From the sequence record OR513085.1: a stretch of DNA of 64,000 bases. The stretch is one strand, 5' to 3'. The notes beneath the pieces were generated by a model, which worked only from the letters and a program-made list of their open reading frames with translations, did no database searches and had not been told where the DNA came from. Position numbers and translations under genes: made by a program. Below, one piece after another: positions 29,486 to 40,400 of the stretch. Each line of letters opens with the position of its first letter. The stretch's first letter is position 1.

Positions 29486-30622
29486 ATGAAAAACATTTTA
29501 ATTGCTAAACCTAGCAACGACATTTACATTAAAAATCGTGACGACCGTAGCAAAACAGATTTACAGTCATCAGAGATTTTAGCATTCATAAAAGCTATAA
29601 ACTACACAGCATTAGTAACACAGCCAGGCTTTAGATCAGATGCTAAAATTTACTTAGTCAATTCATTTACTACCTGCATGACTAACAATATTGCATTAGC
29701 TACAGATTCGTCATTGAAGTCTAAGCTACACAATGTTAGTCAGCAATCTTGGGAAGGCCAGGCTGCCATTGACGAAGTTAAGTCAAATTTTACAAGCAAG
29801 GATGTTTTCTTTATTTTCTGCGGATTATGGGACCTTGCTAAAATTCAAAACATACAAATAATTGAATTTGCTAAACATTTTCCAGGGAAAGTTTATTATG
29901 TTCAAAATGACTTGCGTTTAGATATGCCGGATGACTTAAAGCCTTACGTTGACAAAATCCTTACACAGGCTACTAAAAACAATGAAGCTAATGGCAGAGA
30001 ATATATGGCGTTAGACTTCTTGCCAGTTTTCTACATTGAGCAACAAATGCAAGTTCCTCACGAATATGATATTGCTGTACCATTTATGAACTGGACTGAC
30101 ATGGGCGAATATAGAAGGCGTAACATACTTTCATTGATTCGTGGCTATGCTAGAGAGGACATAAAACGACTTATTATAGGGCCTAAGGAACAAATTGTTG
30201 AATTGCATATACAAGGTTCGTTTATATTTCAAAAAGGCTGTACATTTTTACCGACAGTAAAACATAATGAACTTGTAAAGACTATGCGAAAGTCTAAAGC
30301 ATCTTACATTATTTCCGAACAGATTTACATCAAAAATGGCCTAACACCTAACAGGGTTATGGAAGCTTTGCTTTCAGGAGTAGTTCCTATAGTAGAATCT
30401 AACACACTAGATTCGTTCAATCCTGACATTATTTCAATGTTTGGAGGTTATTTTTACTATGACCATACTTGTCTAAGTGGTAGCATAGACTTCAATGAAG
30501 TAATTGATGGGCGATCATTATACGAGCAACAGCAACTTACTGCAAGACTGCATACTGATTGCGAAGTTCGTTGGAAAGTGCTTAAATACATAACTGATAA
30601 CTTTGCAAAATTTGTAATATAA
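29486..30622 (+). CDS. DNA beta-glucosyltransferase-like glycosyltransferase (GT-B), paralogue 1
   Basis: VYYVQNDLRL (T4 BGT YYLFTDIRL, catalytic Asp), KILTQA (KVISQG), NRVMEALLSG (LRVWETMASD). Confidence 0.7.
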   Translation: MKNILIAKPSNDIYIKNRDDRSKTDLQSSEILAFIKAINYTALVTQPGFRSDAKIYLVNSFTTCMTNNIALATDSSLKSKLHNVSQQSWEGQAAIDEVKSNFTSKDVFFIFCGLWDLAKIQNIQIIEFAKHFPGKVYYVQNDLRLDMPDDLKPYVDKILTQATKNNEANGREYMALDFLPVFYIEQQMQVPHEYDIAVPFMNWTDMGEYRRRNILSLIRGYAREDIKRLIIGPKEQIVELHIQGSFIFQKGCTFLPTVKHNELVKTMRKSKASYIISEQIYIKNGLTPNRVMEALLSGVVPIVESNTLDSFNPDIISMFGGYFYYDHTCLSGSIDFNEVIDGRSLYEQQQLTARLHTDCEVRWKVLKYITDNFAKFVI

Positions 30623-30629
30623 TAGCTAT

Positions 30630-31367
30630 ATGTCAATTAACAAACAAAATTCGTTGCGTTACGATAAAAACGCATTAGGAAAACAGCCGGCAATAGACCG
30701 GCTTTCCTTTCAATTCGGTAAAATACTGACCTCCACACTACTAATCATTTTAGTAATGGTTACGTTTTTGATAGGAATTTCTGTACACTTGGCTGATGTT
30801 TTCGGCTCTTGGTATCTTGCAGTAGGTATGCAGGCAGTTATCTTAATTGCATCTACAAACTCTGACATCTTACCAACTGTAAAAATTGGTAAAGGTACAT
30901 TGACAGTAATACCATTTGTAATGTCTTTCTTTATGGCTTGGTACATTTTCATATCCTTTGACGGCCTAAAAGTTGAGCCTTGGGGAGTTGACTTTTACAC
31001 GGCATTATCAAAGTCAATTGGTATTGCTGCAACCGAATATATGTTTTCTTACCTTTTTACATTTAGGTTCAATAAATTTATGAATGACTTAAATGGCTTA
31101 AAGAAGTCTGAGGCTGATGCTAAAATTTCAGACCTTGCTGATGAACAAGAATTTAAACGTCAGATGGCTAAGTTTGCCGAGGAGTCTAAGCCTACAAGCA
31201 TAATAAACGCTAATGTGCGTCAGACTCCTATTAGCATAGCTTCGGAATTAGTATCAGAACATCCTATGGAAGCGCCTAATTCACTGCCAAAAATTGTAGT
31301 ACCTGAAGCTAAACCTGTTAAACCTCAGCAAATTAGACCTACTGGACAAACTAACAAAATGCTATAA
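30630..31367 (+). CDS. multi-pass membrane protein with P-rich cytoplasmic tail
   Basis: about 4 hydrophobic segments. Confidence 0.7.
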   Translation: MSINKQNSLRYDKNALGKQPAIDRLSFQFGKILTSTLLIILVMVTFLIGISVHLADVFGSWYLAVGMQAVILIASTNSDILPTVKIGKGTLTVIPFVMSFFMAWYIFISFDGLKVEPWGVDFYTALSKSIGIAATEYMFSYLFTFRFNKFMNDLNGLKKSEADAKISDLADEQEFKRQMAKFAEESKPTSIINANVRQTPISIASELVSEHPMEAPNSLPKIVVPEAKPVKPQQIRPTGQTNKML

Positions 31368-31370
31368 AAC

Positions 31371-31544
31371 ATGAAAATACCTACAAATCCGCTACGTAGA
31401 ATTATTTCTGCAGGCACTAAAGTTACAATTGACGATAATGGCTGCTATGATGTAGTCAGACAATCTAACAATTTTGAATATACTTGGGTCACTGATGGCA
31501 AGTCTACCTGGGAAGTTAGAACTTTACGAATAGCCTTAATTTAG
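31371..31544 (+). CDS. 57-aa hypothetical protein (not in ORF track)
   Basis: MKIPTNPLRRII...LRIALI fills the gap exactly. Confidence 0.5.
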   Translation: MKIPTNPLRRIISAGTKVTIDDNGCYDVVRQSNNFEYTWVTDGKSTWEVRTLRIALI

Positions 31545-31586
31545 TATAATACACACATGCAATTCAATAATACACAAGACAAAATC

Positions 31587-32888
31587 ATGGCAAAGCAAAA
31601 AAACAAAATTTTCATACTTAAAATAGGTTCGTTTATGAGGCCGGAGGGCGATACATCGTCGATAGGTCTGATAACCAAGGAACCTAGTAACTTCGCAAAG
31701 GTTTTAGTTGACACTGTAGGCGATGACTTTGAAATTGTACTAGGCTCAGACAAACATATTGTTGATGTTGACAATAGCCTAACATACATAAACATTGAAC
31801 GTGACGGTAGGTTTTTTGCCAATGACATGAAGCCAGGTGATATCCTGCTAATTTGGCAAGGAGTTTACTTGGACCAAGAACATCATCCGCATATTACTGC
31901 ACACTACGAGTTTATCAACGAACTACAAAAACGTTCAGATGCAGGAACTATCAAGCAATACTTTATGATGACCGACACTAGAGTTCCTTTGCTTAATATA
32001 GTTGACTATGTTAAGTCTAAATTTACTCCTGGCGAATTTGCTTCAAAGTATATGGATGAACATGCTATTGACTTTTTATGCGATACGTCTAGGTTTGACA
32101 TTGATACTGAACAAATTGTTATGCTTACTCAAGCTTACAAAACTGCATTTTTACAAAAGGACTTGGCTGACGGTTTAGTTGAATGTAATAGCTACTACCA
32201 AGGTTTTGAATACAAAAAATACAAAACAATTTGTCACTTACCTATGCATTGCATGCCGCTTATAACGCATACTGTAGATAATTCATTTCCGTACTTCAAT
32301 TCTACAAACATGCCTAAGCATGACATGGTATTCACAGTACAATCGCTAGGATATTTCAACGACTACAGAATGGAACGTTTCCTTGAACTTGTAGCACATC
32401 CTAGCATTTCAACAAATTTTGATGTTGCAGTTTATGGAAAACATAACCGCAAGGCATACAACAAATTGTTTGACTATGTAGAAGCTAATGATACTACTGG
32501 CCATGGAGTTGTTAGTTTACCAAAAATGCTAGGCCCAGTTAAGTTTGACTATATGAAGTACATTCTTAACCAGGCGCAATATAATATGTGCATTTCAGAA
32601 GGTCCTTACGTTAAGTACGATTTATTGCCAAACAGGATTTTTGAATCATTCGCATCCGGTACTTTACCTTTGGTCGATATAGACATTGTACAAACTACTT
32701 CACAAGTTTCATTCAGATGGCTAATGTCAGCAAACAATAAATTCCTAGTCGGTAATACTGATGATGTTGTAGAAGCTTTACGTGGTCATAGCCAAGGCGA
32801 AGTTAACGGGTTTAAAAACGATATCCAAGCATTTATGCAATCTGCACTTACAAACTTTTACGCAGAAATTAAAGACTATTTTTCATAG
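31587..32888 (+). CDS. DNA beta-glucosyltransferase-like glycosyltransferase (GT-B), paralogue 2
   Basis: QYFMMTDTRVP, VMLTQA, NDYRMER, NRIFESFASGTLPLVD; start 31587 or 31557. Confidence 0.75.
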   Translation: MAKQKNKIFILKIGSFMRPEGDTSSIGLITKEPSNFAKVLVDTVGDDFEIVLGSDKHIVDVDNSLTYINIERDGRFFANDMKPGDILLIWQGVYLDQEHHPHITAHYEFINELQKRSDAGTIKQYFMMTDTRVPLLNIVDYVKSKFTPGEFASKYMDEHAIDFLCDTSRFDIDTEQIVMLTQAYKTAFLQKDLADGLVECNSYYQGFEYKKYKTICHLPMHCMPLITHTVDNSFPYFNSTNMPKHDMVFTVQSLGYFNDYRMERFLELVAHPSISTNFDVAVYGKHNRKAYNKLFDYVEANDTTGHGVVSLPKMLGPVKFDYMKYILNQAQYNMCISEGPYVKYDLLPNRIFESFASGTLPLVDIDIVQTTSQVSFRWLMSANNKFLVGNTDDVVEALRGHSQGEVNGFKNDIQAFMQSALTNFYAEIKDYFS

Positions 32889-32890
32889 CA

Positions 32891-32926
32891 ATTTTGGCAA
32901 AAACTTTTAAAAGTTTTTGCCAAAAT
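32891..32926. repeat. perfect 36-bp palindrome abutting an early promoter
   Basis: ATTTTGGCAAAAACTTTT/AAAAGTTTTTGCCAAAAT. Confidence 0.9.
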
Positions 32927-32959
32927 GTTTTCTAGTGTCGTTTATTTTTCTTAAATTTA
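32924..32959 (+). promoter_or_regulatory. phage early-type promoter
   Basis: GTGTC-N12-TAAATTTA. Confidence 0.7.
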
Positions 32960-32984
32960 CATAAGAATTTAAAATACATACAAC

Positions 32985-33359
32985 ATGAAAACATATACAG
33001 TACAAGTAAAGGTTAACGACAAAGGAACTGGATTTGAAGTTGTATCACCTACAGGAACATCAATAAATTTGCATTTAGGACAAACAAAAGGTCTAAAGCT
33101 TGAACAATCAATGCTTTACAATAAGTTAGTTAAGAAGTCAGGAAACTATCAAGTAACTGCTGATGAAATGCGTACATTGCTAGACATATCAAAACATACT
33201 AACGTTCTTGCTAATGGCTTAAAGAACGTACAATTCAAAAAGTCTGGTAAGTATGTAGCTTTTGAAAAGAAGTTTAACGATGAAAAGCATGAACAAAACT
33301 ACATTAACCAAATGATGAAAAATGGTTACGACTATATTGGGATAACCGACGCATATTGA
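32985..33359 (+). CDS. hypothetical early protein
   Basis: directly after promoter. Confidence 0.7.
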   Translation: MKTYTVQVKVNDKGTGFEVVSPTGTSINLHLGQTKGLKLEQSMLYNKLVKKSGNYQVTADEMRTLLDISKHTNVLANGLKNVQFKKSGKYVAFEKKFNDEKHEQNYINQMMKNGYDYIGITDAY

Positions 33360-33416
33360 TGAAACATCAAATTGCTTCGCATAATAGCATATAAACAAAT
33401 ACACAACAAAATACAC

Positions 33417-34124
33417 ATGTCAAAATTACAACAATTGTCCAAATTAAGCACGGACATTAAATTACTGCAAACGCTATGGACTGTTATAACGCAGGCCGAC
33501 GTAGATGCTAATGTAGCCAAGTATTCGGCAGATTTGTCAAGAGCTATTGTAGAAAGCTACGGTTATTCGACGATTAACAACTGGGACAAAATTACAGTTT
33601 ATCAAGGTACACGCATTATTTTTGAATACCAGATTAAGCTTGAACAGTCTATGGCACCAATGCTTAGTCATTCTCAGGAAACTGTACGTGCTTATGTAAT
33701 GTTTCTAAACAAACAATTGCAACAACTAACTAACGCTACACCAGAAGAGCTAGAGGAAGTAAAAGCTACACTTAACGTAACGTTAGAGCCTAGTGTTGCA
33801 TTGGATAACGCCAACAAATTGGTTGATTTGGCAGCTTTGCAACAACAAAAAGCAGACTTCCTTGATAACCTACAGCCTGGCCAAGAAGTACTTATAGTAG
33901 CCGAAGGCGGCTTAACTTACGTAAAAGTAGGTTCGGTAGTAGGCAATCGTAGGTTCAAGGCAGAAATTACTGATAGCAATGAAACTTATGAAGCCGTAGT
34001 AAATCCTGATGTCGTTATGGCTATACAGTCAAACCATCCAAGTGCATCAAAGTTACAAGGCTTAACTAAAACATACATTATGTTTGACCCAGAACACTGG
34101 TCAATTCGCAATAGAATTTTATAA
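33417..34124 (+). CDS. hypothetical protein
   Basis: likely start ATG 33417; coiled coil then SH3/KOW-like tail. Confidence 0.65.
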   Translation: MSKLQQLSKLSTDIKLLQTLWTVITQADVDANVAKYSADLSRAIVESYGYSTINNWDKITVYQGTRIIFEYQIKLEQSMAPMLSHSQETVRAYVMFLNKQLQQLTNATPEELEEVKATLNVTLEPSVALDNANKLVDLAALQQQKADFLDNLQPGQEVLIVAEGGLTYVKVGSVVGNRRFKAEITDSNETYEAVVNPDVVMAIQSNHPSASKLQGLTKTYIMFDPEHWSIRNRIL

Positions 34125-34145
34125 CCACAAAATAAAACAAACAAA

Positions 34146-34580
34146 ATGCCAACAGATTATTCACAGCCAGCTTCAACGCTTTGGCTAATGCAAGATCACA
34201 TTGACAGAACTGAAAATGAATTTGTCGAACGCAAGGAGTTTATGCGTCTAATAAACCAAATTAACTGCAGAAATATTTCCGAATCTACAATAGACGGATA
34301 TCGTAGAGCATTAACAATTATTGGAGTTTTGTCTGAACCAACCTCACCAGGAGTCTACAAAATTTTGATTAAAAATGCTTATCGTTTTTCATCATCCGAT
34401 CTACAAACATATGCTTCGGATGTTTTGCATAAACGCAATACTGAAATTTGGCCAGTGCATATGAAACGTTTCAATCCAATTAAGTTTGTCAAAGGTAACG
34501 ACTGTACTATGCTAAGGCTTGACCCTAAGTCGCACATGACTTCCAAACAAAAGGAATTGTTCAACAAAGACTTTAAGTAA
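34146..34580 (+). CDS. hypothetical protein, possible DNA-binding
   Basis: ORF with A-rich leader. Confidence 0.65.
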   Translation: MPTDYSQPASTLWLMQDHIDRTENEFVERKEFMRLINQINCRNISESTIDGYRRALTIIGVLSEPTSPGVYKILIKNAYRFSSSDLQTYASDVLHKRNTEIWPVHMKRFNPIKFVKGNDCTMLRLDPKSHMTSKQKELFNKDFK

Positions 34581-34588
34581 AACAACTA

Positions 34589-34615
34589 GGCTGTTTATAT
34601 TGATTATAAACAGCC
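34589..34615 (+). terminator. hairpin terminator, identical to 16050-16076
   Basis: GGCTGTTTATA-TTGAT-TATAAACAGCC. Confidence 0.75.
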
Positions 34616-34639
34616 ATTTTTGTGTAAAATTGTTGCAAA

Positions 34640-34675
34640 AATATTTTCAGATGTCGAAAATTATGCTTATATTTA
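34640..34675 (+). promoter_or_regulatory. phage early-type promoter
   Basis: AATATTTTCAGATGTC-N12-TATATTTA. Confidence 0.7.
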
Positions 34676-34708
34676 TATAACAAAATTAAACAAATAAATC
34701 ATAACAAA

Positions 34709-34957
34709 ATGGAAACATTAGAATTTTTTCACCAAGCTTTAGGAAACACGAAAGTAGGATTAGCATTAGCTTTAGGATTTGTATTGCAATATGCTATTAT
34801 CACAGGATTGTTATTTGCAGGATTCTACAGAAAACGTCCGGCTACTTTGATATGGAACGTACTACCATTCTTTTGGTTAGTAAAGCTAACGTTAGCAGTA
34901 GCACAGGCTTTCTACGAAACTACAATTTTAAGAAGTAAGAACAGATACCACAACTAA
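34709..34957 (+). CDS. small membrane protein
   Basis: two hydrophobic segments. Confidence 0.65.
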   Translation: METLEFFHQALGNTKVGLALALGFVLQYAIITGLLFAGFYRKRPATLIWNVLPFFWLVKLTLAVAQAFYETTILRSKNRYHN

Positions 34958-34958
34958 T

Positions 34959-35531
34959 ATGGCTACGACAATAACAACAAACGGCCTAGATTTGCTAACA
35001 ATGCCAGAGCTATTCAGACCTGACGTACCAAATCTTAACGACACTAACCAAATAACGTTCAAATTTTTGATAGATGCATCATTTCCTGAAAAATCATTTG
35101 TTGCCAGGAAGTCGTACTATCCAAATGGTTACGTTAACCCAAATACCGGCAAGAACTATCAAAAGCAATGTTTTGGTTGGATTTTGATAGTTGCAGATGA
35201 CAAAAATCCTGATAACGTAGGTAAAGTTAAGCCGCTACACATATACCAGAATTTGATTGACATTGTGTTTAAGCCAATGGAAAATATCAACCATTACATA
35301 GGCTTACGTAGTCATAACGTTACAATAACGTACCACTACAATCCAGAAGCTAGGCGCATACTAACAATTCCAGAAGTGTCAGCGGAGCTTAGCTATTTGG
35401 ATATGCCAGGCTTTAACTTTGACGACTACGAAAAGCCTACTACCATGGAACAGCTTAGAGCAAAGAACGTTATAGCAAAAAGTCAAATGTACTTTGACAT
35501 TAAACAACTAGAACAAGACTTTTACAGCTAA
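34959..35531 (+). CDS. hypothetical protein
   Basis: operonic ORF. Confidence 0.7.
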   Translation: MATTITTNGLDLLTMPELFRPDVPNLNDTNQITFKFLIDASFPEKSFVARKSYYPNGYVNPNTGKNYQKQCFGWILIVADDKNPDNVGKVKPLHIYQNLIDIVFKPMENINHYIGLRSHNVTITYHYNPEARRILTIPEVSAELSYLDMPGFNFDDYEKPTTMEQLRAKNVIAKSQMYFDIKQLEQDFYS

Positions 35532-35545
35532 ACAAATAAAAAATC

Positions 35546-36037
35546 ATGGCAAATAAAGAATTACATGAAAAGCATTTAGGAATTTTCTTTCCTTACAAAG
35601 TAGATGACTACGTACTAACGTTCGATGCGCTAGGCAATCCAATTGCCGAACTATGCGGACGTATTACCGAAGTGACTAAATTATACGGTGTTAAAATTAG
35701 ATCGACTGATCTTGGCACTTTAAATGAATCGTTTAGATTTGCAGACCGCATAGAATCGGTGCATCATAATTACGCATTAAATGCTTTTGATGCCGACATA
35801 AAAGGAATTGTAGCTAGACTAAAAGACAAAGATGTTTATGTTTTACCTGGCTGGGTAGTAGAAGGCATCGACACTGAGACCTCTAAAGATGGCGCATTTA
35901 TGAAGTTTAATAATGGATGGTCAGTACAATTTGAAAACGAAGTTATTGGCGAGTACGAAACTCAGCTAACTGCATATACACATGACCCTTACGGTGACAT
36001 TAGATATTCAAAAACACAACAAACAACATTTTTATAA
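35546..36037 (+). CDS. hypothetical protein
   Basis: operonic ORF. Confidence 0.7.
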   Translation: MANKELHEKHLGIFFPYKVDDYVLTFDALGNPIAELCGRITEVTKLYGVKIRSTDLGTLNESFRFADRIESVHHNYALNAFDADIKGIVARLKDKDVYVLPGWVVEGIDTETSKDGAFMKFNNGWSVQFENEVIGEYETQLTAYTHDPYGDIRYSKTQQTTFL

Positions 36038-36044
36038 CAACATT

Positions 36045-36290
36045 ATGGTAGGATGCAAAATAGATTTTAAACATCACAGTAGCACAGACAAGCTGCAAGG
36101 AATTGTAGTAGCTCAGATTATTGAGACTGATAATCAGTCAAAGCCGCAAACCAAATTCTTGGTACAATTGGCAGGAACTGTTAAGGAAATTGACAATTCA
36201 AGAGTAGTTAAAATTTTACCTTATGCAGTAATTTACGTTAACCAGGCGGACCTTCAATTTGTTATAAGAAATGGACGTTCAGTACTCTAA
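36045..36290 (+). CDS. hypothetical protein
   Basis: likely start ATG 36045. Confidence 0.6.
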   Translation: MVGCKIDFKHHSSTDKLQGIVVAQIIETDNQSKPQTKFLVQLAGTVKEIDNSRVVKILPYAVIYVNQADLQFVIRNGRSVL

Positions 36291-36564
36291 GCCTAAGCTT
36301 TGCCTAACGCTAGCATTGTTATTGCTAGCGTTTGCATTAAGTAGCGTATCATGTAGCAGAACATACACTGACCCTGCTACAGGAAACGTTTATGAATTGA
36401 ATGATGTTTGTATAGATGGCGCATATGTAGATGAACCTCAATATATGCCAGTAGTACAATCGGATGGCAGTATACAATTTATGTACTACGTTAACCACGT
36501 TTACAAATGTTATGCTACAAAAACAGACACTATACTAATTGGTAACCAAAAAGACTTGAAATGA
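36271..36564 (+). CDS. predicted lipoprotein
   Basis: hydrophobic leader ending ALSSVSC (lipobox-like Cys). Confidence 0.55.
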   Translation: MDVQYSKPKLCLTLALLLLAFALSSVSCSRTYTDPATGNVYELNDVCIDGAYVDEPQYMPVVQSDGSIQFMYYVNHVYKCYATKTDTILIGNQKDLK

Positions 36565-36842
36565 TTAAACATACACTAACTAGCCCATTGCTATATTACA
36601 TATTATTTTTTGTATTTTGTGTAATTATGGCGGCCCGCCAACAACTTGATTGGCAAGAAAACTACCATACTAAGGTAGACGTAACGTTTAACAATGGAAC
36701 TACAAAAACATTTACTTACGAAGGACGTCCTGACGTTATGCTAAACAAAGGTGACTTAAAAGTTGGCGGATGGGTTGAATGTAGTAACGTTACTACGTTT
36801 GACTGGAAAGTTTATAAAAACGATAACAAATCAAAAAACTAA
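36561..36842 (+). CDS. small protein with N-terminal membrane anchor
   Basis: LLYYILFFVFCVIMA segment. Confidence 0.6.
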   Translation: MIKHTLTSPLLYYILFFVFCVIMAARQQLDWQENYHTKVDVTFNNGTTKTFTYEGRPDVMLNKGDLKVGGWVECSNVTTFDWKVYKNDNKSKN

Positions 36843-36849
36843 ACATAAT

Positions 36850-37113
36850 ATGAACGATAATTTAATAGGACTAACGGTACGATTTGTAATTCCTGCAGGC
36901 TACGACGACTACGATATGCATAGAACTTATGAAGGCCGAGTAATGTCAAAAGTCAGAACTAACATGATTTTCAAAGGAAACGTTGCAGTAGCTGATGCTT
37001 ACGTTATTAACGCTACTATAGTTGGCGAAGATGGCAAAGTACATCCTTGTATGCAAGCTATGCTTAAACTGTGTAAACCTGAGTGGTTAACTAAAGTAAT
37101 TTCTGCAATATGA
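36850..37113 (+). CDS. hypothetical protein
   Basis: likely start ATG 36850. Confidence 0.6.
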   Translation: MNDNLIGLTVRFVIPAGYDDYDMHRTYEGRVMSKVRTNMIFKGNVAVADAYVINATIVGEDGKVHPCMQAMLKLCKPEWLTKVISAI

Positions 37114-37328
37114 TAAAATATGCTGCTAGATTAGTCATAGATAAGTCCGGACATTTTACTAATGCTGGACTTTATTTTGCTTTGGATGGCAATGATAAAG
37201 TACAATTTTATAGCGAGCCTCACTGGAACAAACTATACATCGAAAAGCATTCGCTACTTGCAGCGTTAAGCTTACATTGCAAAAACTGCCAATTTGTCAT
37301 TGAAGAGCATTATCGCGAAGTAAACTAA
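37110..37328 (+). CDS. hypothetical protein
   Basis: ATGA overlap with upstream gene. Confidence 0.55.
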   Translation: MIKYAARLVIDKSGHFTNAGLYFALDGNDKVQFYSEPHWNKLYIEKHSLLAALSLHCKNCQFVIEEHYREVN

Positions 37329-37353
37329 GCACGTAAATTTACCTACGACTTAG

Positions 37354-37390
37354 TATGCAAAGCACGCACAAATTGCCAAATTTGTGTATT
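37354..37390 (+). promoter_or_regulatory. conserved hairpin element copy 3
   Basis: TATGCAAAGCACGCACAAATT-GCCA-AATTTGTGTA. Confidence 0.6.
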
Positions 37391-37422
37391 TTAAACAAAA
37401 TAATTTTTAGCAAATATACCCA

Positions 37423-40400
37423 ATGAGTATCAAAATTTATCACTCAGCAGATGTCCAAGTGAACTGTGCTGGGAAACACTCGAATCGGTACAACGAACAT
37501 GTTTACATGCTAACCCAACAATCTAGCACAGTTATTAACGAAGGTTATGACTTGGCAGTTTTTGTTGGCGACATGTTTGAAAGGGCAAATACTACCGACA
37601 CCGAGAAATCACTTTTAGTCAACCATCTAATAAAGCCAATTTTGGATGCAGGCATTCCAATTTTCTGGACTGATGGTAACCATGACTTAAAACAATCAAA
37701 ATTTTCGTTTGACCCAGGTGATGGTTCAAAGAAAGATGAGGTTGGCGTACTTAGAGCGTTGACCGACTTTATTGATTCTCCGCTACTTACATATGGCGAG
37801 GAAACTGGCTTCTACAACATGGGAGAGTTTAAAGGTCAAAATGTCATTATTGCTTGTTGGTCGCATAAAGCTAAATATTCAACCGAAGCCAAATTCAAAT
37901 CGCCTTGGCTAGAATTGGATGCTAAACCTGCAGAAAAGCAAGAATCTATCCGAGCAGCCTTGGCTAATTCAATTGTTTTTGATACTTACCACGACCCGGT
38001 ACGTAACGTTAAGAACTTTGATGGCAAAGTTGTACGAGGAGATAACGAAGCACGAACTGATATTTCCGAGTTCCTTGGAGACTTCTGTTTGATGGGGGAT
38101 ATTCATATGCCAAGCATTATGAGAACTCCAAACAGAGCTGCAGACTTCTTTGCGTCTTACCCATCATCACCAATGATTTTATATTTCGGTGAAGGCGACT
38201 ACTACACAAACTTTACGTTAGTCGATGAACGTAACCCACATCACGGATTCAATCATGTGGTAGTGCATTCCAAAACTTCAAAGGAAGTTACGTTTGTACC
38301 TTACAATCAACATACAACTAGGCATACTATAACAATTACTGAGGACTTTGATGTCGATGCAATTCCTGATTTTGAATTAAAGAATGCTTCTGCTATCAAC
38401 AACATGGTACGTTTAGTAATGACTACGTTTGAAGGAATTGAACAAGTCGACAAACTAATCAAACACTTACAAAACAAATACACAGTAAGTATTGATATTC
38501 AGACAAAAGTCAATCAAACGCTTACTCAAAACAGTCTAGATGAAAGCTTCAATATTTCCGACCTTTCAGACAAGGACTACTTAATGAAAATTGCAACTCA
38601 GTGTATTACTGACAAAGTCAATGCTACAAGGGATTCCGATGAATACAAGCTACGACTAATCGAGGACACTGTGAAAGTTTTTGAATCTGCGCTTGACAAT
38701 ACACAATACGTAGTACCTCTAAGCAAATACAAATTCCAAACGTTAGACTTGCATAATTTCATGCCAATCAATGAACTTAAATTGGATTTTGACCAAATTC
38801 GTAACTTAGGTTCAATTGTGAAAATCAACGGTAACAATGGTACTGGAAAAACTACAATTTACAAAGGGTTACTTTGGATTGCTACTGGCAAAATTGACTG
38901 GAGACAATCTGAAAATAAAAGCAAACGAAATGCTCTGGACTATTTCAATGACAAAGCATGGGACAAAGATACTACTGCAGGACGTTTAGTTGTTACGCTT
39001 AACGACGAACGTATTGAAGTTTCAAGGTCAATCACTAGACTTTGGGCAGCTAAGACATCTGACACTCATAAAAAATCTGTTAACTGGAAGCACCATGTTT
39101 GGAGAGTTGATGAAAACCTGGAAGTTAAAGTTAATGGTGAAGTACTTGCAGAAAAGGATGCTGACGAAAAGTTACTAGAAGTTTTTGGTGACTTCTACAA
39201 ATTCCAAAGCATGCACGTAGTTAACCAGGCACACTTAGATCACTTGTTGCTAAACTTACCACTCGACAAGTTAATCGACTATATTCTAAAAAGCATTGGA
39301 TTTACTGTAGCCGAGCAACTTAAAGCTAACTTAGAGCCTGAACGTTCTAGGCTATTTAAGGACTTAGTTAAGCATGGTAAGGATATTGCAGGAATCAACA
39401 TTGACATTGGAATTAAGGAAACTGAAATAGTACAGACTGAGGAAAACATTGCTGATGTAGAAAAGCAAATTGACCAGGCTACTGACGAAATTTCAAAAGT
39501 CGGAACTATGCTTAACCAACTTAATGCTAAGCTGCATGTAGTTTCTGACGAAGATAAAGCTAACGTTAGCAAAAAGGAACAAATAGTTGAGCAAATGTCA
39601 GGCTTACAGCTGGCAATCAAGGAGACTCAATACAAAATTGACAATCCTGTTTGGTCAGAGGAAAAGCAACAAGGCTTAGCTGCTTTGAAAGCTGAGCAAG
39701 TTAAGCTTAATGGAGACTTACTTACAGGAACTTCCAGAATTTCAGAGTTGCAATCTACTAACGTTATACTTAACAACACAGTATTTACTGCATCTGGCGA
39801 AATTACGAATATCAATGTAGCACATGCTAATGAAAAGGCTCAGGCTAAGTCAGACTTACAAAAAGCTAAGGCCGATAATTTAGCGACGATTGCAAATTCT
39901 ATAAATCAAATTTTAGATGCAGTTAATGCAGAAGCTAAAGAGCGTAATGCCGAAGTTGGTGAAAAGCTTGATGAACTTAACGAAGCTATACGTGCAACCA
40001 AGGAAAGCAAATCACAATATGAATCTGCTGTAGCTAAGTTAGAAGGGCAAATTGAATCTGAACAAAAACAAATTGACAAACTAAATTCTGGTCAATGTCA
40101 AATTTGTGATAAGTCATATGCCGAACTGCCTACAGTTAAAGCAGAGATAGCTAAGCACCAGGCTACTATTGATACTGCAAATGCTAACATTACTACAATT
40201 AAAGGGCATATTGAAAAGTTTGAAGCTACTATAGCAGCTAACGAACAATCTATAGTTACTACAGAAGCTTTACGTAAAGAAGTAGTTACGCAACTTACGC
40301 AACTTACGCAAGAGCAATTAACTGCTAACATTACTCAGCTTACAGAAATTAAACGTTTGACTGACGAAAATAAGGATGAGTACATACAAACAAAATCCGA

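Noticed and set aside
36271-36842. Spanin pair
   Set aside because: Neither protein is coiled-coil, the order and context are early, and no endolysin or holin is nearby
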